Of a stretch of DNA of 32,000 nucleotides, positions 1 to 8,629 are shown piece by piece. How positions within the stretch are numbered: the stretch's first letter is position 1; every line of letters begins with the position of its first letter. Origin of the DNA: Archaeoglobus fulgidus DSM 4304 (GTDB lineage: Archaea > Halobacteriota > Archaeoglobi > Archaeoglobales > Archaeoglobaceae); contig NC_000917.1 of NCBI RefSeq assembly GCF_000008665.1, forward strand, positions 750,001 through 782,000, written 5' to 3'. The position numbers were made by a program, and so were the translations under genes. The notes beneath the pieces are model-generated. The model worked only from the letters and a program-made list of their open reading frames with translations, searched no databases and had not been told where the DNA came from.

Positions 1-726
1 CCTGTCGATTCCGGGGTAGAGAGACCTCAGAGAGGTGTAGATGAAGTAGGCCTTCTCGTAGTTGCCCATGCTCTCGTGGATTTCGGCCATAGCCAGCCTT
101 GCCTCAACGGTATCCTTTAGCCTGAGCGACTCTTCTATCTTCTTCATCCCCGCTTCGGGGTTGCTCATCGCGAGACTTCTGCCCCACTCAAGCAGAACAC
201 TTGCCTTTGCGTCAATAACGGCATCGGTTTCAGGCAGAAGTTCGAGAATCCTCATGGCCCTCCTGTAGTCACCCTCCTCCGAAACTTCGAGAGCGAAGAA
301 CAGAACCTTCTTTACGTAGCTCTTGAAGCCGAAATCCTGAAACTCCATGACGAGCTTTGCTGCATCCTCATACTTTCCGTCCGAAAGTCTGCGCTCTATC
401 GCCTCTTTCAGAAGAAGGAACATGTTCTGGAGAACCCTCCTGTCCCCACATTCCCTCAGCTCCCTCAAAGCGGTTAAAAAAACCGCAAAGCACTTTGCCT
501 CATCCTCACCCTCCAGATACCTGGAGAGCCTTTCGGATATCTTGGCCACAAGATACACAGCTACGGGAGAGTCCCTGAGCAGAATCAGATACTTGTTAGC
601 CTTTTCGGGATAATCGAAAATCTTCTTGATGGAGTGAAGAACGATCGGGTCGCTACCAATTGCCTTCAAAACTTTAACGTCCTCTTCGTCAATAAAATTG
701 GCCACACTCTCAATGAACTTTTCCAT
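1..726 (-). CDS. Hypothetical helical-repeat (TPR-like) protein, first 242 codons; remainder lies beyond the window edge
   Basis: Hand translation of the minus strand from ATG at 726..724 stays open to base 1 ([24 protein letters not shown]...[33 protein letters not shown]). It is missing from the ORF track only because no stop lies in the window. The A..G.Y.KA..Y spacing is TPR-like. The + strand ORFs at 62..613 are antisense artefacts. Confidence 0.5.
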
Positions 727-760
727 GAACTTTTCTGGAATGTAATAAATAAAAAGCTTT

Positions 761-1906
761 TCATAATCTGAGCTTTCCAGCAATGGCTCTCGCGATGATG
801 AGCTTCTGTATCTCGCTCGTACCCTCATAAATCGTTCCAACTCTGGCATCTCTGTAGTAGCGCTCGATGTCGTACTCCTTGCTGTAGCCGTAGCCGCCGA
901 AAATCTGCAAAGCTTCATACGTTGCCTTAATCGCAGTCTCGCTGGCGAAGAGCTTTGCTGCAGAGCTCAACGCAGGATTCGCTTTTCCCCTATCAATAAG
1001 CCAAGCGGCCTTGTAAATCAGAAGCTTAGCAGCCTCAATATCCTTCCACATATCAGCGAGCTTGAACTGTATCGCCTGATGCTCTATGAGCGGTTTTCCA
1101 AAGGCCTTTCTCTGCTTCGCGTACTCCAAAGCCCTTTCGTAGGCTCCAACAGCCATTCCGAGCTGAACGGCACCAACAAACACCCTGCTCTCGTTGAAGA
1201 ACCTCATAAGCTGGTAAAAGCCAAAGTTCTCCTGGCCGATAATGTGCGTTTCGGGAACGAAAACGTCCTTCAGGTATATCTCCGCAGTATCGTGGCAATT
1301 CAGCCCCATCTTCTTTATTCTCCTCGCTTCATACCCATCCCATCCCGTTTCGACGAGAAAGGCGGAAATTCCTCTGTAGCCAGCATCAGGCTGAGTTTTG
1401 GCGAGAATCACAACCCACTCCGAGACGCTGCCGTTGGTTATGAAGGTCTTGGTTCCGTTAAGCTTCCAGCCCCCATCAACCCTTTCCGCCTTTGTCTTTA
1501 TGGCCTGCACATCGCTCCCCGCATCCGGTTCGGTTATGGCGATAGCCGAGGGCGTCTCACCCTTTACAACTTTCGGCAGATACCTCTCCTTCTGCTCCTC
1601 CGTTCCAAAGTACTTGACCATCGGGCAACCAAGGGAAGCTGTCAAAACCGCTGAGCCTATGCTGCTGTCAGCCCTTGTGAACTCTTCAGCAATTATGGCG
1701 CATCCGAGGTAATCGAGCCCCGCACCACCGTACTTCTCGGGAATGTCCGCAGCCACATAGCCGAGCTTGGCGGCTTTCCTGAATATTTCCCAGGGATACT
1801 CTCCCTTTTCGTCGTACTCCTTGCCGTAAGGCATGATCTCCTTTTCAGCAAACTCTCTAACGCTGTCCCTCAGAATTCGGTGCTCCTCCTCAAACTCAAA
1901 GTTCAT
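761..1906 (-). CDS. Acyl-CoA dehydrogenase (FAD-dependent)
   Basis: 381 aa. Full-length resemblance to short/medium-chain ACADs, e.g. [17 protein letters not shown], and the C-terminal [14 protein letters not shown] with catalytic Glu context. A TATA-like TTATATTTT lies about 25-35 nt upstream of the ATG on the minus strand. Confidence 0.9.
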
Positions 1907-1979
1907 GATTTTAACTTCTCATTTTCAAAATATAAGATTTGCCACTTTGTTGTAGGGCAGTTAAATAGTGGCAGACAAC

Positions 1980-3464
1980 TCATTCCATAAGTTCGGCGGT
2001 TTTGCTATCAAGCTCTCGCATTATCTCAAGCGCAACCTCCTGAGAAACCAGCCCTCCGGCCATTGCGTCAACCACGGCACTCTTCTTTGCGTCGATGACG
2101 TACTTCACAGCGGCTTTCCTTAACTTCGACCCCATACCTCCCCTTATCTTCTCCTCAAGCTTCGACCTCAATTCCTCAATCTCCGCATCGAGGTTCGGCA
2201 GCATTTCTCTCGCCACAGGCTCAACGATTCTCCCCTGCTCAACCGCCTTCATCAGCTCAAACTTCGCGCTCCTTGCAGCGATGTACCTGGCTATAATTTC
2301 CTCCAACTCCCTCTCACTCTCGCTGACGAACTTCCGCTTGACGAAAATTTCGAGTGAAATGCCCTGCAGAAGCAGGGAGAAAAGCACGACACCGAATGCC
2401 ATTGCCGAGAGAAGCTGGTTGCCGAAGCTGAGGGCGAGGGCAACGGGAATTACACCCCTTAAACCACCCCAGAAAACCACGTGCTTCCACAGGTTTGGAA
2501 ATCGGTAGTAGGTCATTACCGGGTAAACAACAAAGGCTCTTGCGAGAATCACGGCAGCTATGGCCACCAAAATCTCCTTCCATGCCGAGAAAATTGTTAT
2601 GTGCGTGTTAACGCCGATCAGAATGAATATTATGGAGTTCACGAGAAAAACAATGACGCTCCAGAAATCCAGCATGATAACTCTCGTTGTGGGGGACATT
2701 GAAAAGTCCCTGCCGTAGTTTCCGAGGATTAGGCCTGCTGCAACCACCGCAATCACACCGGAGAAGTGAAACCTCTCCGCCAGAACGAAACCGAGGTAGG
2801 CTGCGACTATCGTTACAGCTATCTCAACAAGGGCGTCGTCGATTTTTGCAAGTATTCTGTAGGCAAGGTAGCCTACCGCCAATCCAACAGCCGCACCACC
2901 AACGCAGACAACAGCGAAGTCCAACGCAGCGTTCAGAGGGTCGAAAACGCCCTTGAGCATCATTTCGAGGGCTATTGCGAAAACCACGATTGCGGCGCCA
3001 TCATTCAATACGCTCTCACCCTCGATGAGTATGGAAAGCTTCTTCGGAGCGGAGATCGACTTGAACGTTGCGAGAACCGAAACAGGGTCGGTTGCGGAGA
3101 CCATCGCACCGAAAATGAGGGCAAGTGCCAGAGGGATACCGAGAATCCAGTTCAAAGAAAATCCAACGACAGTAGTTGTAACCACGACTCCCAAAAAGGC
3201 GATAAGCGCAATCGGCCCGAAATTCTCCCTCAGCTCCTTTAAATCCATGTTCATCGCCGCCTCGAACAGCAGAGGAGGGAGGAAAATGAAAAAGACGATT
3301 TCCCTGCTCAGAGGGACTTCCGGCAAAAGGCCGGCAAGTCCAACGAAAAGCCCAGCAAGAACGAGAGCTATGGTGTAGGGTAATCGGATGAATTTAACCG
3401 TAACTGCAACAGCGGTAGCGAGCATGAGAATCTCGATGAATTCAACCAGATTCTCCTCTATCAT
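1980..3464 (-). CDS. Na+/H+ antiporter, CPA1/NhaP type, with cytoplasmic C-terminal coiled/regulatory tail
   Basis: Polytopic membrane protein with the CPA1 hallmark SATDPVSV and LNDGAAIV. The track start at 3509 is a TTG. I prefer ATG at 3464 (MIEENLVEF...), which sits about 20-32 nt downstream of an ACTTTAATAATTT box, consistent with a leaderless start. Confidence 0.85.
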   Translation of the reverse strand: MIEENLVEFIEILMLATAVAVTVKFIRLPYTIALVLAGLFVGLAGLLPEVPLSREIVFFIFLPPLLFEAAMNMDLKELRENFGPIALIAFLGVVVTTTVVGFSLNWILGIPLALALIFGAMVSATDPVSVLATFKSISAPKKLSILIEGESVLNDGAAIVVFAIALEMMLKGVFDPLNAALDFAVVCVGGAAVGLAVGYLAYRILAKIDDALVEIAVTIVAAYLGFVLAERFHFSGVIAVVAAGLILGNYGRDFSMSPTTRVIMLDFWSVIVFLVNSIIFILIGVNTHITIFSAWKEILVAIAAVILARAFVVYPVMTYYRFPNLWKHVVFWGGLRGVIPVALALSFGNQLLSAMAFGVVLFSLLLQGISLEIFVKRKFVSESERELEEIIARYIAARSAKFELMKAVEQGRIVEPVAREMLPNLDAEIEELRSKLEEKIRGGMGSKLRKAAVKYVIDAKKSAVVDAMAGGLVSQEVALEIMRELDSKTAELME

Positions 3465-3576
3465 AATGTGGAAAGGCTGTACGAAATTATTAAAGTTATT
3501 TGTCTGCAATTTTGAAATTTCATGAACATCAAAAAAGCTTTTAATTCACCTGAAGACCAAACCATGAGGTGGTACA

Positions 3577-4146
3577 ATGCAGACAGACCTGCCAGTAAAG
3601 GAAGTGATGACCACTGTCGTTTGCACTGTAAAGAGAACCGACAGTGTGCACAACTTAGCGAAGAAGCTCGTCGAGTACGGAGTGGGAAGTGCAGTGGTCG
3701 TTGAGGACGGTCGGCCAGTGGGCATAGTGACCGAGAAGGACCTCATCTCGAAAATCGTCGCGAGGAACAAAGTGCCAAGCAAAGTTCTCGTTGAAGAGGT
3801 TATGTCGCAGCCTGTAATAACAATCGGCCCCAACACGAGCCTTAGGGAGGCGGCGAGAATTATGATGAAAAGAGGGATAAGAAGGCTACCCGTTGTGAAC
3901 AACAACCAGGAGCTTATTGGCATAATTACAGACAACGACATCCTCAGCGTCTCGCTTGACCTTGGAGAGTTCGCATCCCTAGTAACGCAGGATGCTTCAG
4001 GTTACACAATTCAGCTGGAGGGGCCCGTTATCGAGGAAGAAGAGGAAATCGGTGGAATTTGCGACAGGTGTGGTAAGTATGCGGATAAGCTCTATCCCAG
4101 CAACGGTTTGAACCTTTGTGAGGATTGCATGGATTTTGAGGGGTGA
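3577..4146 (+). CDS. CBS-pair protein with C-terminal CxxC...CxxC zinc ribbon
   Basis: 189 aa. Two CBS repeats (VMTTVVCTV..., GIVTEKDLI, VMSQPVITI..., GIITDNDIL), then an acidic linker EEEEE, then CDRCG...CEDC. GAGGTGG Shine-Dalgarno-like motif 5 nt before the ATG. Confidence 0.8.
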   Translation: MQTDLPVKEVMTTVVCTVKRTDSVHNLAKKLVEYGVGSAVVVEDGRPVGIVTEKDLISKIVARNKVPSKVLVEEVMSQPVITIGPNTSLREAARIMMKRGIRRLPVVNNNQELIGIITDNDILSVSLDLGEFASLVTQDASGYTIQLEGPVIEEEEEIGGICDRCGKYADKLYPSNGLNLCEDCMDFEG

Positions 4147-4152
4147 TTTGTT

Positions 4153-5025
4153 TTGGTTTTAACGCGAAATGTGATGGAAATTGCCACAAAAGACGTTTTC
4201 ACACTCCCGCCAACCTCAACCTTGATGAACGCTCTAAAAATGATGCTCAGGCGAAACTTCAGAAGGATCCCCATAGCCGATCCGGGAACGAAAAGGCTTG
4301 AAGGAATAATATCCGCCACCGACTTCGTCAACATCTTTGGTGGAGGTCCGAAGTTCGGGCTTATCAAGGGGAGGTACGGTGGAAATCTCTCCGCTGCTGT
4401 GAATGAAGTTGTGGAAACAATTATGGAGCGTGAAGTGGTCACGGTTAACGAATCAGATTCTCTCGAAGAGGCTGTTGAGACGATGTTTGAAAAAAATGTT
4501 GGTGGCTGCCCGATAGTCAACAAAGACGACGTTGTCGTGGGAATCATCACGGAGAGGGACATTCTGAAGTATCTGGGGGCTAACCGCAGCATAGACGGAG
4601 TTGCTTCAGACTACATGACCTCAAGCGTAATCACGCTCAGGCCCAAGGACTCCATAGAGAGGGCGATGAGAACGATGATTGAGAAAAAGCTGAGAAGAAT
4701 ACCCATAATAGATGACGGCATTCTGGTTGGGCTAATAACGGTAAGGGAGATACTGAGGTACTTCGGGACGGGAGAGGCTTTCAGGATGCTTACGAGCGGA
4801 AACATAAAGGATGCAATCGACAAACCCATTTCAACCATCCTCGCGAACGATGAGCTGCTTGTTTACAAGGATATCCTCACGTTTCCAAGGAACATAAGCA
4901 TATCCCAGCTTGTTAGCTCTATGCTGGAAAAGGGTTACGGAGTAGCCCTTATTGTGGAAAACGGCAAGCTTGAAGGAATTATCACTGAAAGGGACTTGAT
5001 CAGGTTCCTATACTCCAAATCATGA
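4153..5025 (+). CDS. Four-CBS-domain protein (tandem Bateman modules)
   Basis: 290 aa with four CBS-like repeats (RRIPI/GIISATDF, GCPIV/GIITERDIL, RRIPII/GLITVREIL, GVALIV/GIITERDLI). The track start is TTG at 4153, 6-7 nt after a GAGGGGTGA SD-like motif. The alternative start is ATG at 4174. Confidence 0.8.
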   Translation: MVLTRNVMEIATKDVFTLPPTSTLMNALKMMLRRNFRRIPIADPGTKRLEGIISATDFVNIFGGGPKFGLIKGRYGGNLSAAVNEVVETIMEREVVTVNESDSLEEAVETMFEKNVGGCPIVNKDDVVVGIITERDILKYLGANRSIDGVASDYMTSSVITLRPKDSIERAMRTMIEKKLRRIPIIDDGILVGLITVREILRYFGTGEAFRMLTSGNIKDAIDKPISTILANDELLVYKDILTFPRNISISQLVSSMLEKGYGVALIVENGKLEGIITERDLIRFLYSKS

Positions 5026-6158
5026 ATTTTATTGCTCAGGCTTTAAATTTATCGAAATCAGCAGCCGGAAGGCTGGAAGAGAGAAATATTCTCAGAAAGG
5101 CGTTTGTCAGGCACCCTTTTTTTGCCGATATTGAGGAGGCCTTCAGATTCGAAAAAAAGTTTGGCCAGTATGAAGAGGGGACTATAGTAATAAAGGCTAA
5201 GGATTCTCTAAAGGTTTTCAGGGGCTTTCCCAAGATAAGGAGGGCGCTGCTGCTCGATCCAACGATAAAAAAGCACTTCGGCGATAGAGAGGTGGTGCTT
5301 GAGGAGAAGATGAACGGCTACAACGTCAGAATTGTCAAAGTCGGGGACAACCTTTATGCCATCACCAGAAGGGGGCTCATTTGCCCCTACACAACAGAGA
5401 AGGCGAGAACTCTCATAGACGACGAGTTCTTCAGGGACTATCCCGATTACATGCTGTGCTGCGAGGCCGTTGGGAGAGCCTCACCCTACGTCCCTACGGA
5501 CGTTTACGGCATAGAAACCCTTGAATTCTTTCTCTTCGATGTCAGGGAGGGAAAAACCAACCAGCCTGTAACGATTGACGAGAAAAAGGAAATTGCGGAG
5601 AAATACGGTTTCAGGCTTGCTGAAATTCTCGAAACCGTTAGCTCCGACGACGTTGCGAGGATAAAAGAGGTTGTGGAGAAGCTGAACAAAAACCGAAGGG
5701 AGGGGGTTGTTTTTAAAGACCGCGAGATGGTGCTGAATCCGTTAAAGTACACCACAAGCTACGCTAATCAGTCGGATCTGAGGTATGCGTTCAGGTTTTT
5801 CGGGGAGTACGGCAGAGACTTCATGCTGTCGAGAGTAATCAGGGAAGCATTCCAGAGCTTTGAGTTTGAGGAAGGGGAGGAGGACTTCAATCAGAGATGC
5901 CTCAGGCTTGGCAGGGCTATACTTGAACCGATGATAGAGAGCATCAGGGAGTGCAAGCGGGGGGAGATGGTTTGCGAGGAGAGCGAGCTTGTGTTTGAAA
6001 GCCCAGACGTCCTTGAACTTTTCAAACTCCACATGAAGCTGCTCGGAGTTGACTTCAGAATCGAGGTTCTGGACGGGGGAAGGGTAAAGTTAAAAAGAAT
6101 CATGCGAAGTACAAGTGACAGGATAAGGGGCATACTTCAAGGCTCAACCTGGAGGTAG
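5022..6158 (+). CDS. ATP-dependent RNA ligase, Rnl3 (Pab1020/MthRnl-like) family
   Basis: 378 aa. Covalent nucleotidyltransferase motifs are visible: I EEK96MNGYNVR (KxxG), III LEFFLFDV, IV REGVVFKD, V LKYTTSYA. Size and lysine position match my recollection of Pyrococcus abyssi Pab1020. The ATG overlaps the upstream stop (ATGA at 5022..5025). Confidence 0.8.
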   Translation: MNFIAQALNLSKSAAGRLEERNILRKAFVRHPFFADIEEAFRFEKKFGQYEEGTIVIKAKDSLKVFRGFPKIRRALLLDPTIKKHFGDREVVLEEKMNGYNVRIVKVGDNLYAITRRGLICPYTTEKARTLIDDEFFRDYPDYMLCCEAVGRASPYVPTDVYGIETLEFFLFDVREGKTNQPVTIDEKKEIAEKYGFRLAEILETVSSDDVARIKEVVEKLNKNRREGVVFKDREMVLNPLKYTTSYANQSDLRYAFRFFGEYGRDFMLSRVIREAFQSFEFEEGEEDFNQRCLRLGRAILEPMIESIRECKRGEMVCEESELVFESPDVLELFKLHMKLLGVDFRIEVLDGGRVKLKRIMRSTSDRIRGILQGSTWR

Positions 6159-6159
6159 C

Positions 6160-7173
6160 ATGATATCCGCAGGCATCGATCCGGGAACGGGGAGCTATGA
6201 TGTCGTCGCAATTGAAGACGGAAAAGTTGTATTCAGAAAAAACATTCCAACAGAGGAGGTCAGAGCCTCGCCGGATGTCATAGTTGAAGTTATCGAGGAG
6301 TCGGGGGCTGAGGTTGCTGCCGGGCTTTCGGGCTACGGTCTTCCGGTAAAGCGCTTCTCCGAGCTCGATGAGGTGGACTTGCTCCTCATGACGCTAAACT
6401 TTGACTCCGAAAGGGCAATAGGGCTGAGAAATATAATCAAAGCTGTGAAAGAGAGAAACGTTAACCTCTACACAGTCCCTGCAGTAATCCACCTCCCCAC
6501 AGTACCGCCGTGGAGGAAGATGAACAGAATCGACATCGGAACTGCAGACAAGCTGTGCTCGGCAGTTCTTGCCGTTGCTAAGCTGAGCGAGGAAGAGGAG
6601 CTTACAAAGCTGAACTTCATTCTGGCAGAGGTTGGAGAGGGATTCAACGCCTTTATTGCCGTCCGGAACGGGAGGATTGTTGACGGAATGGGAGGGACGA
6701 CGTCATTCCCCGGCTACTCATCTCTCGGAGCTATGGATGCTGAGCTTGCCTACATCATCGGGGAGTTCCCAAAGAAGCTGATTTTCAGCGGGGGGGTAAA
6801 GAGCTTCGCAAGTGAGTGGAAGGTCAACGAAAACGAGGTTACCAACATCCTCTCGGAGTTCGTGCTGAAGGGGATAAGAGCCATGGAGGTTTCAACGGAT
6901 GCCGACTTCTACATGCTTTCTGGCAGGTTTGCTCCAGACGTGCTGAGAAAGCTGAGGGGTGAGGGAAAGGAGGTCAGGCTGCTCGGCGGTTTTGGGAGGG
7001 GCAAGCAATCCGCCCAGGGAGCGGCGATAATAGCGAACGCAATTGCTGGTGGAGAGTACAGAGAGATAGTGGACTACATGAGGATTTTCGAGGCTAAGGG
7101 GACGCTTCTTGACTACATAACATCTGATATTATGGAATACGTGAGGAGAGGGCTGAAAAGAAGGGGAGATTAA
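6160..7173 (+). CDS. ASKHA-superfamily ATPase of unknown function (DUF1464 / predicted butyrate-kinase-like, COG2441)
   Basis: 337 aa. Phosphate-1 motif GIDPGTGSYD at the N-terminus, a second IDIGTADK, and an adenosine-type EVGEGFNAFIAV..G.IVDGMGG. The ATG lies 1 nt after the ligase stop, with GGAGGT 4 nt upstream. Confidence 0.65.
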   Translation: MISAGIDPGTGSYDVVAIEDGKVVFRKNIPTEEVRASPDVIVEVIEESGAEVAAGLSGYGLPVKRFSELDEVDLLLMTLNFDSERAIGLRNIIKAVKERNVNLYTVPAVIHLPTVPPWRKMNRIDIGTADKLCSAVLAVAKLSEEEELTKLNFILAEVGEGFNAFIAVRNGRIVDGMGGTTSFPGYSSLGAMDAELAYIIGEFPKKLIFSGGVKSFASEWKVNENEVTNILSEFVLKGIRAMEVSTDADFYMLSGRFAPDVLRKLRGEGKEVRLLGGFGRGKQSAQGAAIIANAIAGGEYREIVDYMRIFEAKGTLLDYITSDIMEYVRRGLKRRGD

Positions 7174-7185
7174 AGGCTCTAAACC

Positions 7186-8580
7186 TCAAAAGCTTTTACA
7201 CCTCAGAATTGCCTCAGGTATTGCTTTTACCAAATCCGTCGCCGTGTAGTTGTAGCCGAATTTTTCAAAGCACACATCTCCCGCCAACCCGTTAAGGAAG
7301 GCTGCAGCACAGGCAGAGTGGAAAGCATCGTCGTTGCAGAGGAAAGCGGCCGCAATTCCTGCCAGAACATCTCCGGTTCCGCCAACCGTCATGCCCGCAT
7401 TTCCCGAGCGGTTAACCTTCACTCTGCTGCCATCCGTTATAACATCCTCCCTCCCCTTCAGCAGTATTACTGCCTTCGCCTTCAACGCAGCCTTCTGCAC
7501 CTCAGTATCACCGAAAACCCTTCCGAACTCTCCTCTGTGGGGTGTGAGAATGCACTCACAGTTTTCTGGCACACTATCAACAATCCCCTGAGCATCTAGA
7601 ACGGCTTTTTTGCAGCTTTTAAGGAGTTCCTCGACAACCTCCTTAAATTCTGGGTTCTCCCCCACACCCATTCCAGCAACAACTACGTCGTGCCTTTTTA
7701 CCAGCTCCTCGAGCTCCTCAAGATTTTTCATTTCTATCCTTTCCTCGCCAACACCTCTCACTATAAGATTCGGGCTGAAGGATGCAACTACTTTCCTTAT
7801 CGCCATTGGAACGGCAGTTGTGACGATATCAGCCCCAGCATACAGCGCTGCAAGGCTCGCCAAGGCCGGAGCGCCTGTGTAATCCCCACCACCCACAACG
7901 AGCACTTTTCCGTGAACCCCTTTATGCGCATCCTCGTATCTTTTGTAGGAGAATGCAACATCCCCCGGGCCGCATAGGTTTTCAAAGCTTTCCGGGATTC
8001 CTATGTCCTTGACCGCAACCTCTCCGCAAACCTCTCTTGCCTTTGCCAGCCCGGGCTTCGCCTTGTGGAATGTCACAGTCAGATCAGCCTTAACAGCCTC
8101 TTCATAACTTCCACTGTCGGGATCCAGGCCTGTGGGAACGTCAACAGCCACCTTGAAGGCGTCGCTCTCGTTAATCATCTTTACAGCCGTGCTGTATGGC
8201 TCTCTCAGCCTTCCCCTCACGCCCGTTCCGAGCATCGCATCAATGACGATGTCAGCATCGATTTCTTCGGGCAAACCTTCCTTTACAGGAAATCCTGCTT
8301 TGCGGCAGATTTCGAGGTTTTTAATCGCAAGCTCCGTCTTCGGCTTTGAGAGCAGGAATATCTCGACGTCAAAACCTTTTAAGTGCCTCGCAGCCACGAA
8401 TCCGTCACCGCCATTGTTTCCACTCCCCGCAAAAATCTGAACCTTTCCCTCGTAAAACCTCTTCATTACCTCCTCAGCCACTCCTTTGCCGGCGTTCTCC
8501 ATAAGGAGCATCCTGCTCAGACCGAAATACTCGCAGTTCGTGTCAAGAATTTGCATATCTCTCGAAGAGATGAATTCCAT
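7186..8580 (-). CDS. nnr: Bifunctional NAD(P)H-hydrate repair enzyme Nnr (YjeF N-terminal epimerase plus ADP/ATP-dependent dehydratase)
   Basis: 464 aa. N-terminal LMENAG...GSGNNGGDG (YjeF_N). C-terminal carbohydrate-kinase-like half with GKVLVVGGG..YTGAP and GTGDVLAG. Confidence 0.9.
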   Translation of the reverse strand: MEFISSRDMQILDTNCEYFGLSRMLLMENAGKGVAEEVMKRFYEGKVQIFAGSGNNGGDGFVAARHLKGFDVEIFLLSKPKTELAIKNLEICRKAGFPVKEGLPEEIDADIVIDAMLGTGVRGRLREPYSTAVKMINESDAFKVAVDVPTGLDPDSGSYEEAVKADLTVTFHKAKPGLAKAREVCGEVAVKDIGIPESFENLCGPGDVAFSYKRYEDAHKGVHGKVLVVGGGDYTGAPALASLAALYAGADIVTTAVPMAIRKVVASFSPNLIVRGVGEERIEMKNLEELEELVKRHDVVVAGMGVGENPEFKEVVEELLKSCKKAVLDAQGIVDSVPENCECILTPHRGEFGRVFGDTEVQKAALKAKAVILLKGREDVITDGSRVKVNRSGNAGMTVGGTGDVLAGIAAAFLCNDDAFHSACAAAFLNGLAGDVCFEKFGYNYTATDLVKAIPEAILRCKSF

Positions 8581-8600
8581 GAGGGATGTTCACGGAAGCC

Positions 8601-8612
8601 TTAAATATTTTT
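8601..8612. promoter_or_regulatory. Putative shared bidirectional TATA element between nnr and glyA
   Basis: TTAAATATTTTT is the only A/T box in the 49-nt spacer. Its centre (~8606) is 26 nt from the nnr ATG (8580) and 24 nt from the glyA ATG (8630). Confidence 0.4.
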
Positions 8613-8629
8613 CATCCGTAGCAGAGGAC

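Noticed and set aside
8486-8629. Upstream extension of glyA (track start 8486)
   Set aside because: It would overlap the nnr coding region by 95 nt on the opposite strand and place the only TATA-like box inside the gene. The extension (MPAFSIRSILLRPKYSQF...) is not SHMT-like.
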